DNA of 63,777 bases, filler included, from Choristocarpus tenellus KU-1152 (Eukaryota > Protista > Phaeophyceae): assembly GCA_964200185.2 (NCBI GenBank). It is 12 parts of 12 records of this genome, joined end to end, with 100 filler letters (N's around TTAATTAATTAA, not from the genome) between each part and the next. Parts side by side here need not be neighbours in the genome. Positions count along the whole stretch, not along the records: positions 23,805 to 28,747 come from CAXNAD020012436.1; positions 28,848 to 31,388 come from CAXNAD020026925.1; positions 31,489 to 40,069 come from CAXNAD020004565.1; 9 more parts are not named here. One strand, given 5' to 3'. Below, piece by piece: positions 24,770-36,738 of this stretch. Position 1 is the stretch's first letter, and every line of letters starts with the position of its first letter. Under the pieces are notes generated by a model. The model searched no databases. It was given only the letters and a program-made list of their open reading frames with translations, and was not told the origin of the DNA. The position numbers were made by a program, and so were the translations under genes.

Positions 24770-25809
24770 CGTGGTGTTCACTAGTTCCACCGTAGTTCCG
24801 AACGGGTGACGCACATGTCCTCCCATCAAGAGCAGAACGAAACCTATCGACGAAGTTCGTGTTTTCCGATATCATCGTTACGATATGTATCGGAACCAAA
24901 CGATGTTCCTTCCAGTTTCTGTTTCCGATCCCAACCCTAGCACCCGTCCCAACCCTAACCCTGTGCCCTAACCCTGACACTGTCCCTCACCCTTATACAA
25001 TAATGAAATTATGCCAAGTCATGTTTTGCCCTTCCTTCATCTGCTCGCCTCATGTCATTCTTGCCGTACTTTGTCCTACAACAAAGTGTGGAGAAAGTTG
25101 CGGCGGTCCATATACCAATTTTTTCAAACCACACGCATGAAGTCATTTTCGCCATACTTTACCGTATGACAAAGTCTGGCAAACCTTGCGGCTGTCCACA
25201 CACTAACCAGCCGCACGCCTCCAAACCATCGTCCGTCCTCGACTTACCACAAATCTCAATCGCAATCTCCTATCCCCTATAGAGAAAGGGGCGCATACAA
25301 TGATATGTGCATGCGGGGATATTTGTTGACCGACATCACATGAAACGTTCAGTATCCTTCTACCACAAAACCCATCGTACACATTAGTTTACCTTTCGAT
25401 AGAACACGTCAATTGTACTACATACATGCGCCAAGAGGGTCAAGGGCGACATCCACCATGCACTTGTCAACTGTTTCCCAAAAAAAAATCAGATCATCAA
25501 AATACACACTCTACCATTCGACAAATTACCCCCAATCACTTCATCCTACATGCTTATCATACATTTTCGCAACCTTTTAGATGTCGCTCGCGATTGATCG
25601 CATATGCGATGCACACCTTTTCAGGATATTCTAATTGGGCAGTTTCTGTTCTCAATGTATCAAACATACCCTTCTCCATGCATTGCAAAGTGGGGTGTCA
25701 TCCAACACGGTCGTACTCAGTGGAACACTTCGTGACCAAACATTGTGAAAGCCCCTTCCCACGAAGAAAGATGTAGTATTACCTATGTTCGCATCATGAG
25801 GACCCATCA

Positions 25810-26574
25810 CTAATATGAAAGGGAAACAAACCCACCCAACCCATATCGTAACCTCGTTTGGATCCCACTCAGGAAACGGGAACTAAAGAGACTGCCCAAG
25901 ACCAGTGCCGCCCATTCGTGGAAGAAATCCAAAACGAACTAGATCATGAACCTCTTCCTCTCCATGTTTGTCGACCACTATGGTCCAGAAGAGATGGAAG
26001 GAAGCGGCCTCACTTGGAACCACCTTGCCTCTTGGTTGTTGGATGAGAAAAGCAGATTTGCACGGTTGGCAAGCGCGCTGCAAGTTGTGCTGGCTTGGGA
26101 ACTATGCGAGTCTACGCCTGATCTCCAGGTCAAGACATTCCTAGAGAATGTGTAAAGAAAGATCTTAGCACCGAGCATACCTGCCAGGTATACAAATCCA
26201 TCCTCGCCGGCATCCCTCCTGATGTTGAAGTAGGTAATGACGGGGTGACATCGACGTTTCAACCCCTTCTGTCCGTCACAGCAAGAAAATACGATACCAA
26301 CGTCGACACACTAAGGTCATCCGCCAAAAAATGCACGGAGTTCATGCGAGACATGCGGCGACAGGCAAGCCCCTCCGCATCGGCTGCAGACGACGCTGGA
26401 GGATCATCTCCCGTATCCGACACCCACACCCCTCACTACTCTCCTCAAGGCACCGCCCATAGGTATGGAAGTTCGTTCTCATCAACCATCAATGGTGTGA
26501 CACACACAACTTGCCCCCGGGCGAACACGTCCACTGTATGTCGAAAACAATTTAATCACTTACAGATGTCCTGA
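25810..26574 (+). pseudogene. Decayed coding segment, possibly retroelement ORF1/gag N-terminal region
   Basis: Coding-like frame (FLSMFVDHYGPEE..VKTFLENV*RKILAP..LK*VMT) with stops and a frameshift; same strand and contig as the zinc knuckle. Confidence 0.35.
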
Positions 26575-27177
26575 TGATCCCTCATATCCTGGTGCACAAC
26601 CGACACACGCCCCACATATCCCATTGTTACCTCAGACAAAACAGCAGACCAAAGGTATTCGATGTGGGAAGGGACAGCTCCTCATGACAGTTCGATGTAC
26701 AGCATCCTGATACACATGTCCTTGGTATCACCGTATGGGAGAGCAACAGCACCACCATGCCCCACGATCCGGTCACATCTCATAATTTCACTCAGGGCAT
26801 GCACTACTTAGACCCGCATATGAACAAGAGAGTTTGCCACCGTTATGCACTATGCCAACAGCACGCTCAGAGGTATTCTACACTAGCAAGTGTCATCCTC
26901 ACAAATATTGCTCTTATCCACCCCGTAAACTTTATGGATTAATCATTGTAACATGTTCATCCTCGACTGACAAAACTTTGACATTACAATACGTACACAT
27001 GGTGCAACCGACCGACGTGACAACAGGTCACAGATTGAGACAGATGAGGATGTCTACACCAACTTGAGGGAGAGATTCGAACAGGAGGGGACGTCAGGAC
27101 CATTACCCTGTCTGTCGACATTCGTGAAGTGGAGACTGTTTTAAATCACAAAGGCCACGCCAAGGTGTGTGCGGAAA

Positions 27178-27356
27178 GACCCAAAGTATCTGGGGGGTGG
27201 GGGGGGTTTACACCAGGGTGTCCATTTGGACCAAAATCAAGAAAAGTTCATTTATAGTATCCATCCGATGTATGCAACCAAATCGCCCAAAAATCGCGAT
27301 ATGAAAAAATTGACCCCAAATGGACAGCCGCCACCCCCTCCCAGATATTTTGAGCC
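27178..27356 (+). mobile_element. MITE family B, full-length copy (179 bp)
   Basis: TIRs GACCCAAAGTATCTGGGGGGTGG / CCACCCCCTCCCAGATATTTTGAGCC; AAA on both flanks. Confidence 0.82.
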
Positions 27357-28203
27357 AAATAGTCTTTCCATTTTCAGGACACACACTACAGTGATGACTG
27401 GGTAAGTCTATGTTTCCTAACCACCACAGGGTACCCAGTAACATACTGCATCATCCGTATCCACACACAAGGGGTGCTAACCCACCATATCCCTCCCTCC
27501 ACTCTTCCACAAAACACAGATCGTGCGTTTGCATTCACCACATGACCACCGATCTCCAGGTTCAGTGCCTAAGAGACAACTGGAAGAATGTGTTCGTAGA
27601 TAGTGCTGCTGTTCTACTATAGACACTACTGGTGGATTATGTGATAGGGTAGAGAGTCATCGACAGATATATTNNNNNNNNAGATAGTGTTGATTGGTTT
27701 TATATCATGTTCAAGATACACTTCCTATAGTTAAGATAAGTAAATAAGTATTTCATAGTAAATTAATGTGGACGATTGCAAACCCCCACACTATAGAGTA
27801 ATGATGGTAGTTAAGGCTAGAGTCTCACCCACGAGTTCAGTCAGCGGAATCGATATACCACAAAGACCACAAGGCCCTTGCAATACCAACATTGTTCATC
27901 TACATCAAGCTGTTCTTTGCACTTCATTAAAGTACCATAAAAGCCTCGGGTCCAGTGTGGGATAGTTCAACAGAATGTACATGCGAGGATGTTCTTTGGC
28001 AACGATGGACAATGCAATATCGCATGCACATGCGCATTCTGCGATAAAGGCAAAGGGTGCGGGTCTGAAGAATTGGAGGCAGCACTCGAAAGTGGTGCTC
28101 ATTTAATGGCCTTCCTCTTGTAAGTTTCTATGCCAAACGACACCCACGACGTGGTCAATGTGTTATCGCAACGAGCTGGAATGGTATCCAAAATAATGAA
28201 ACC

Positions 28204-28632
28204 ATGGTAGATACACACCAACGTACTTGTCCTCAAACCGTTTCACTACGTCCTCTAAATATGTGGCGGCGACATCCAGACTCCACTAGTGACGTTCGAT
28301 CCGCTATTCAAACCTCTACACTGACAACAAAAACCGATCTTGGACTAATCAAAACAAAACAGATGCGTGAGGACCGTGCTGGAGCCCCTCAGCGAACGTC
28401 CTCTGGCGGTTCCTTGGGCAGTTTCAAAACTTCCTGTGTCGAAGGTACATGTGACAGGTGTGACTGGAAATCTCATCCGATGTGGGAGTGCCCTTGTATG
28501 TTGGACTCTCACAGCACCCGTGTCACATGGAACGAGTTCGCGCACGAATATACCCCAGTGGTCGAGGCGGACCTGCAACGAAAGACTTGCCAGGATATAA
28601 AGGTGTGCCTTATCGAAACACTCACCAACTAG
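28204..28632 (+). pseudogene. Retroelement gag relic with CCHC zinc knuckle
   Basis: CDRCDWKSHPMWEC = C-X2-C-X4-H-X4-C. Confidence 0.6.
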
Positions 28633-28849
28633 TTAGATTTGGAAGACGAACCTGTCCGGTTCCACCCTCACGCCGGGTCCAGGACCGACATGGCAACCTA
28701 TCCTACCAATCGACCATATACCCATGTTCACATCCATACCACACACCNNNNNNNNNNNNNNNNNNNNNNNNNNNNNNNNNNNNNNNNNNNNTTAATTAAT
28801 TAANNNNNNNNNNNNNNNNNNNNNNNNNNNNNNNNNNNNNNNNNNNNAT

Positions 28850-29173
28850 CTTCACGGGCTCAGGCTCGTCAAGGCCAGTAAAGGGGCCGCTTCTCATATT
28901 TTCGGGGATGAATGCTACGTCCATGGGTCCACACAGGTTAAACTCGGCGATCGTGGACGGAAGCCAGGCAATACGTTTCGTCCTGAGAATGTGGAAGCGC
29001 TCCAGGCGAAGAAGGCTATCTTCTTGAGCCTCGTGAAGCCCGAGCCTTGGAACACCAGGTACTCCACGTGCCTAGATCTGTGGCACCTTCTTGTCGAGAC
29101 ATATCTTAAGCTTGAAGAGTGGTGGGAGAAGGGTGACGAATGCAATTTCGAGTCCGCTCAGCAATTGAAATAG
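28850..29173 (+). CDS. Open frame from contig start (107 aa), unknown product
   Basis: LHGLRLVKAS..DLWHLLVETYLKLEEWWEKG..QLK*; coding-like composition, no family recognised. Confidence 0.35.
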   Translation, partial: LHGLRLVKASKGAASHIFGDECYVHGSTQVKLGDRGRKPGNTFRPENVEALQAKKAIFLSLVKPEPWNTRYSTCLDLWHLLVETYLKLEEWWEKGDECNFESAQQLK

Positions 29174-29953
29174 GGCTTCGGTCGTTCCGGTTTTCTGTTG
29201 AAGTACGGGTAGAGTTGCAGGTTGTGCAGATTTCTGCATCAGTGTATCTTTCCATGGTGTCCGACTCTCATGTTCATGCACTTTGCATTCCACAAGTTAT
29301 GCATTTAGATAGTGGAACAAAAGATACGTAGCTACCGGTCAGAGTCGTCAGCGTATCATATATCATACTCACGTTGAGGATCAGACCTGTCTTATCATTT
29401 GTTTTGAAAAGCGTGTCTGCTACAATGTTACAGCCCTAAAATATAATACGTCGATCAAACAAATCTTCTCTATCTGCGCGGCTAACCTTTCCAAACGATT
29501 CGCCAAGGGCAGCGATGAATACCCTGTCCTTCTGTGAACCATTATTTATTCCTTGTACACGATAACGCACCTCCTCCCATTCTTTTCAATACTTTATGCA
29601 CCGCCTCTTGCTTTGCCCAACTGTCGACAAACTAGTTTCGATCAAATGTAGTCATTCGAGTCGTAGGGAATCATATGCCTAACTAAGTCCACCCACGATG
29701 CCCCTAACCACAGCACCAGGCTAGGGCCTGTGGAAGTGTACCTTGAACTACTTTCCTCGGAACATACGACAATATTCCTTGACCAATAACCACTCGTACA
29801 TGTCCATATTCCGTCTAAACCTTTTGCTGTACCTCATACCAACAACTTCAACCCTAACACCCTCAGCGACAACAACCACGTCTTACTACATCCAACATCC
29901 AACACATGCACACAAACAAACAAAAGTGTTAGATTTAAACTGTGCATGACCCA

Positions 29954-30210
29954 GAGCGAAGGTGTCTTAAAGGGCACGAGTTTTGCCCTGCTTGTCCCTT
30001 TAGTGCTTGACTTCTAAGCCTTTTTTATGACATTTACCTACTCTGAAACGTTTCTAACTAAGAACACGTATACGTTATGAAAACGGTGTGTCCAGAACAA
30101 CGATGTTGACACTTGCTAACAAACACGATAGCCAAATCTACACCAAAATCACAATTTTGGTGCTTGATCCCCATTTCGACACCACTCTACCCTCTAAGAA
30201 ACTTTAGCTC
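29954..30210 (-). mobile_element. MITE family A, diverged full-length copy
   Basis: GAGCGAAGGTGTCTTAAAGGG ... CCCTCTAAGAAACTTTAGCTC; no clear TSD. Confidence 0.82.
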
Positions 30211-30756
30211 CGTATGTTTTGGTTCCTCATGCACCCATCGGGAGAACAGACCCAAACCGACAATCCTCTATGTGTATGTTTCATAAACAAACGATGCAAG
30301 CAAATAAACGAACAGAGCAACCCCACAGCAGACAATATTATTTTTTTCTATTCCTCAAAAACAATGGGAAAACACACCTTAACCGACAACCCTCTTTAGG
30401 TGCTAACCACATCCCAGTCATGCAACAACAAAAAAAAATAGCCCTGGAACAGCCTACCCAGTATATCTCTTGTTCATCATCATAACTGGGCGACCAACAC
30501 ACATAAACCAATAAACCTATTGGAGCAGACTCGACATCGGACACATGCAAACGTCCAAACTCCTCCCCCAATCAAAACCCCATTATAAATGGTGGCATAT
30601 ATCCCCATTGTCCTTGCGTACACAAGGACAGAAATGAACCTAACCAACAGTATTATTTTTGCTGACATTTCAAATCCGACACGTGCGACCAAATCATACC
30701 AAAAAGGGAAATCGAAAAAAACGGACGCCGGCACCCCCCCTAAGATAATTTGGCCC

Positions 30757-30847
30757 AGTAGGAAGATGTCATTAAAAAAAACATGGGAAGCCAAGCCCCA
30801 AATGGACAAACAGGGCCAAACTCGTACCTTCTAAGATACTTTCATTC
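30757..30847 (+). mobile_element. MITE family A right half, abutting an A/B-type terminus that ends at 30756
   Basis: AGTAGGAAGATGTCATT..CTAAGATACTTTCATTC preceded by CCCCCCCTAAGATAATTTGGCCC. Confidence 0.75.
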
Positions 30848-31000
30848 GGTAATTGAACGTATTTCATGATATGTATCAAGTGGTTGTGCGCCTAGCATTT
30901 CAACGTCCATTACCTGGAGTTCTCCCTGGCAGCATGCACTACTAAGTGTCGATACCTTCCATCACAACTTATGTGTCTTCATTCCTAAAAGGCAAAAGTA

Positions 31001-31310
31001 ATGAATAAGTCAAGAAGGTCTATCACTACGAGTAGTACAGCCAAGCAAAACCGTCATAGTTGTCTTATGGGATCAAGACTTTGAGGGTAAATATTTTCTT
31101 TCTCGCCTTTAAGAGTTAATTCACGACAGAAACTCAACTGCTGGCGGCTCAAAGTATGAATAAGTCAAGAAGGTCTATCACTGCGAGTAGTACAGCCAAG
31201 CAAAACCGTCATAGTTGTCTTATGGGATCAAGACTTTGAGGGTAAATATCTTCTTTCTCGCCTTTAAGAGTTAATTCACGACAGAAACTCAACTGCTGGC
31301 GGCTCAAAGT
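31001..31310 (+). repeat. 155-bp tandem duplication
   Basis: Units 31001-31155 and 31156-31310 are near-identical. Confidence 0.92.
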
Positions 31311-31388
31311 ATCTGAAGGGGGGGGGGGGGGGGATTTCCAACCAGGGGCACGTTTGGGGCCTATCCAGGAACATGGGGCCTGCATTGT
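31301..31388 (+). mobile_element. MITE family B terminus (partial)
   Basis: GGCTCAAAGTATCTGAAGGG, G-run, ACCAGGGG..TTTGG. Confidence 0.65.
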
Positions 31389-31495
31389 NNNNNNNNNNNN
31401 NNNNNNNNNNNNNNNNNNNNNNNNNNNNNNNNTTAATTAATTAANNNNNNNNNNNNNNNNNNNNNNNNNNNNNNNNNNNNNNNNNNNNACACGCG

Positions 31496-31502
<7 letters not shown>

Positions 31503-31565
<63 letters not shown>
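31503..31565 (+). repeat. (CA)n microsatellite
   Basis: Directly visible; a (TG)n tract also lies at ~38719-38750. Confidence 0.95.
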
Positions 31566-31567
<2 letters not shown>

Positions 31568-31930
31568 TATTGCGGTTAGTTGATAGAGCTGCATCACCTC
31601 CCTCTGTTTTGCTCTCTGCAGGATACCAGTAGAACTGGATGGACGATATACTGTGCGATTGGTTCTTGTCTTCCATCACAACGATTTCAGGAGAGGGGAT
31701 GGGGTTGCCCTCAGGGAGGATGAAGTTTTCCGGGTCCGTTCGTTCGTCCCTCCACTGCGTTTTATTGAGAGTAAAATGTCCATCCATAAGGTTCCCTGCT
31801 ATTGTTTCTTCTTCGGACTTGCCTTTTCGTTGATGAAGTTTTCTGTTAAGCTAGCACCTCTAGGCGTCACAGAGGGTCTGAAAATAGTGCATACAAGCAT
31901 GCCTTTCATGTCGGTTTAGATTTGTGTATG

Positions 31931-32199
31931 GAACCAAAGCATTTAAGAGGGTAGGAGTTTTACCGTGTTTGTCCGTTCGGGACTTTGCTTCCCATAGGTT
32001 GTTTATGCCCTTTTTCGTTTTTTAACGTGAACATTTCGGATTTCTGAGTTGGAAAAATATACAGGACTATAAAAGGTGCGTCCAGAGCAAGGATATTGAC
32101 ATTTGCTAACAAAAACGATAGCCAAAATGAATCAAAACAGGCATATTCGATTTATGACCCCGAATGGACGCGGCCCTGCCCTCTTAAAAGATTTGGCTC
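31931..32199 (-). mobile_element. MITE family A, diverged full-length copy
   Basis: Both TIRs recognisable; ATG duplicated at 31928-31930 and 32200-32202. Confidence 0.85.
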
Positions 32200-32519
32200 A
32201 TGATAGAAGAAAGAATGCTTATACGTTTTGCTTGTGACTTTGTGCTCCATTTTGGCTCTGATATTCGTATTTTTCTGAAATGGGGGTTACAATACTCTAT
32301 GTAATGTAACATCTTTTCACTTTCAAGGGTATTATTAGGAGTAGTATTTGTCAATACCATCCAGAACACAATTTTATCTTGTGAACTGTGTCACTTCGAA
32401 GCCATCTGTACCCAACAGCAGCAGCATAAAATTAAATGGATTTAAATCGAATTCACTATGTCGAGGTTGATAGAAACTTGTGAGGTGCAATATTCATGGG
32501 TGGCATCATGTCACAGTTG

Positions 32520-33300
32520 AGAGTAGTAAATCCTCTCCATGCAAAATGTATGAAGACTATGTGTCAGGCAATTCTTTTGGTTGGAAGGGACCCAGGAGGT
32601 ATATGTAGGGACTGTGTACGATCAATTTGTTTGGCACTGGGATGATGCTATGCCAGGCGGGCAAAACCACTTGAAGGTCATACTCTTCTCATTTCTCACA
32701 AGGAATTCAATTATCACCAATGCACACGCTCATTCATTTTGAGTAAGAAAGTGATACAAATAAAGCGTTGCTAGTACAAACCTTGACAGGTTGTTAGGAA
32801 CAACGCACCATCATAAACCTTGTTCAGAATGGTGTGATAACCATATACTTCAACATTGTTTGCATTATTGATTAAATAGTCCATTACATTACAGAAATGC
32901 TAGTATTGATGAATTGATAGTAATGACAACCCTCCCCTTCCCTGACGGCCCATATAGGTGCAGCTGCAATGTGCCCTAGCGGAAATGAATGTTCTCGTAC
33001 CTCGGAAACCAGCCAGGAACATGCAAATAGAGAGTTTGGGAATGGTGGAGTTCAACACTGTGGCGTTATCGGGAGAGATATTCCTGGAGATTGAGGGAAG
33101 GTGCGAGGTTTTACAGGTGGAGGAGTTGCAGTACAACTGTATTCTAATGACTCGTGACATAGAGATAACTAGTGATGTCTATTTTGGTCTAAGAATCACT
33201 TTTTATACTGTACATGTTGCTTCAAGGCCTTTGTTGGTTGACAGGATTCTAACTGAGTCCATGGATACGCTGTACTTGTTAACCAACAAAATATCAAGTG
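32520..33300 (+). pseudogene. Heavily decayed Ty3/Gypsy integrase-like relic
   Basis: Frameshifted remnants resembling the integrase zinc-binding region (KMY.TM..QFFW ... DCVRS.C); no intact frame. Confidence 0.3.
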
Positions 33301-36300
33301 TGTACTAGGTAACACTTGGTCACATACTCATTCTACAGGATGAATTGGTGTGCGAATTGGAAATGTTCAGATCTTTGATGGAAAATACCCTCTAATATCG
33401 GCCTCGATTCAACAAGCACAGATTCATTGTGGTGCCAAACAGAATGACTGTGGCTACGTAGTCCTGCCCCTTCTTTCCCTGCCAACTGGTGAACTTCGTG
33501 ATATGTCAATAATCTATCTAAGTCTCTATGTGCAAACTATAATCTGGAAGATGGAGCTGTAATCTTGTCCTTGACTCTGACATTTTGACATGAAGGTAAC
33601 ACAGGTGAAAACCATATCTCGGTAATTTCACTTGGTTTTAGACTCCCACTGTTGAATGGTGTTAGGTGTAAATACAACAGTGCAAAAGAGAAGCATGGTC
33701 TGAACTATAAAAAATTTTATGATAGATTCTTGTGCATGATTGTATAGACTTCAGTTGCCAGACTTATTTTCAAGGAAACCTGGCTTCAATTGACCGCATG
33801 ACAAAGCAACAGACTGAGACATGAAATATCCTGCTGATTGGTGAACTACAGAGAGCACGGAAAACCCGAATTGTTGTAGTAAGGATTATATGCCAAGAGG
33901 CAAGATTCGAAGAGGCAGAGCAATGAACTATGGGGTGGGGTGCGATTGGTTGTAGTCCAAGAGTTAGTCTGTGTTTAGTTTGAAATAGGGCAGTACATAG
34001 TACCTCTGATAATGGGTTGGGTCTAGACAGGGCACCCTCGTAGCTCAGTGTTTAGGAAAGGTTGGTCCGTGCACAAGCTTTGCGGGTTTGAACTTTGTAG
34101 ATACCAAGTTTCTATTAATGTAAATCTGATTTTGATTATCCAATTCCGTGCGGCGAGCAAAACGGATTGTACACCTGTACTATCCTATCTGTCCCTATAC
34201 CAAATTCGAACGCCCGACCAATATTTAGGTAGCGGTGTGGAGGAGAGGTCACATGATATTACAAGATTGTTGGGAGGAGGTGGAGCAACAAGTGGTGGGA
34301 GGTCTGAACCTAACTAACGAGAAGCAAGGCGCTAATGGAGGCAGTACAATTAGTTGTAATGCAAGAGTTGGTCACAGATGTAGTAGTTAGTATGAGAAGT
34401 AGAGCATCCCCAGACTGAAGTTTAGTAGTAATATAATATATAAATCATAATGATATTTATTATAATAGATACATATTAAAATTATCTTCTCTAAATAGAT
34501 GACTAATTCTTAGGGGTTCTTCTGCGTGATGAGAAAACTCTTGCTTGATGTGTGCTGTCACCCCCCAAAAATCGTTGCTGACTGGGAAAGACTTTCTGGG
34601 GGTCTATTGGCAATGTGTGCGTATGTGAGTCATGCTGAAGGTGTAACTAGACGACCATATGCATCCCTCCCCATCCTCATGCGTTGCATATGTTTTCTAT
34701 GCCGAGTTTGTACCCTTCCTTTGTCTTTGACTGATCAATCTCACCATGAGGACATTGACTCCTTCGGTGTTATTATTACCCTTATTCATGTAATATTTAT
34801 TGTCTCCAACTTGTTACCTTTAGATTATCCCAGCTCCCTGGTCATAAACACTACATGCTGTGTTTTCTCATACAAATTGCTCTGTAACCTCCTGTTGCAC
34901 TACGACTATTTGTACTGTCTCCGTTTGTGTCTTGATTCTCACGCATTGGGTCCAGTCATACCATCCCTTGCCACTCTACCTCCTTCCTTGAGTCTCGTGC
35001 CAGACCAGCCATGGTGTCCCATGGTATCGAAGCCTTGCGACATTGTTGTGGCAGGCATAGCAGGAGACAGTATAGCATAGGTTAGTACAGACAGGTGCAC
35101 ATCTCGTAGTGCTTGCCATGCAGCGAGAAATGAAAACCAGAACTACATGAAAAGAAGTAGTCTGGCATTGGTGGGCCTTGGATGCGCAAAATTCATCCAA
35201 GGACCAGCCTCCTTGCCCATTGAACCGTGAGAAGTCCTTGATTTGAAACAAACAACAATTTAGCGTCAGTCCCATTGACCTTTGAGTGAGAGGGTAGACG
35301 GCAGAGGCTAGGTAGGATGATGATCTGAAATGGACCTTGGATGGCTGGTCGCTCTACGGATCTCTAGGAAGTCAATATTTCTGGCACAGTACTATGAAAC
35401 GTGAAAAATATTGTATGCACCCAATTTAAGGAGTGTTGTACGATTGAAAGGTATCCAAGTAGCTGCACGTACTATTATGATGTGTGTGTTCCAGTTTTCA
35501 ATATTTACCTCTTGTATTATTCTTAGAGTAACCTACAATTATACAGTCATCAAAAGGATGTGATCGAAAACCTTTGCTAAAACCAGCTCAGCCATAGATG
35601 GTGTAAGTACATTATATACTAGTAGTAGAGTCAGTACCTCGTCCAAAGTCCATTGTGCGGAGAAGGCGCAAGCTATTATGATAGGGTCTTGTCAATGACT
35701 CATGAACTACGTTTATATCCCTGGAAAGAGAGACATACCTTCCATTTTCAGGGGACCCTTTGTTCACCGTATCTGGTTGGTTGTTATTTGGTCCTAGAAG
35801 TCTGAAAGGGGTGGGTAGGGACAACTGTGATACGACATGGTGATTTTGATCCAAATTATGGAGGAAATCTCCAGTGCAAGGGGCATACGCCCAGTGCTTG
35901 TTAAATCAAATTTCGTTTTGGAGGTGATTTTAAAGTGTCGTGTTTGACTTGCTTTGTTGTACTATAGAGAATTACTATCAAATAGGAGTGGTATGAGTGT
36001 GTGACTAATGGCACAACGAAGCTCATGACCGAATGACATTCCAAGGAAGCTGTGACACCTGATGTGCGTCACACCAAAGCAGCAGCAAAGGTCACCCAAG
36101 TTACCACTATCACCACCATCACTCTCTGCTGAAAGCTGTCGTCCTTGTAGGATTTATCTCTGACATCCTTCTTTTCTTGAGCAGTGTGTATGCCTTCTTT
36201 GGACTGCTTTGTCGACCATGGGTCTGGGATTCCTCAGACTAATGTGATAATGATATTAATAATAAAATAATAATATAGTTGCAACAATAGTAACAATAAC

Positions 36301-36738
36301 TATAGATGTATTACTTCCATAAGTCTGTTTTGATGGAGTGCTGTTACAAAAATGGAGATCATTATCATCTATGTCCTCTGTGGAAAAAGGGAGAGATGAA
36401 CTATTATTATCTTGCTGATTTTCACTTGAGGTGAAGCGCATAAGGTGTGGTGGTGTTCTGCATTTGTGAAATAATCCATGTAGAGTTTCATGCACTCTGG
36501 GAAGCTTAGAATCTTGTCTTGATAATAATGCTTGGCCATTTGGATGTATCTCTGCAACAATATGCAGAAATCTTTTGTTGGCCCCTTTGTGCAACGACAT
36601 GGTAATTTCCAAGTACGTTGAAACTGACTGCTCCACCCCCCCCTCCCTAACCGACTTGCTTGCCAATATGAAATCAACAATCCCAACCCTAGCAGTTACA
36701 CCTGCATAGGTTTATCATTGGTCGAACTCTTCTATCAG

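Noticed and set aside
34980-35340. Possible DIRS RNase H/methylase-like relic (WSLDEF); similarly a tyrosine-recombinase-like tail at ~61480-61610
   Set aside because: Catalytic residues not preserved; the resemblance could be chance.
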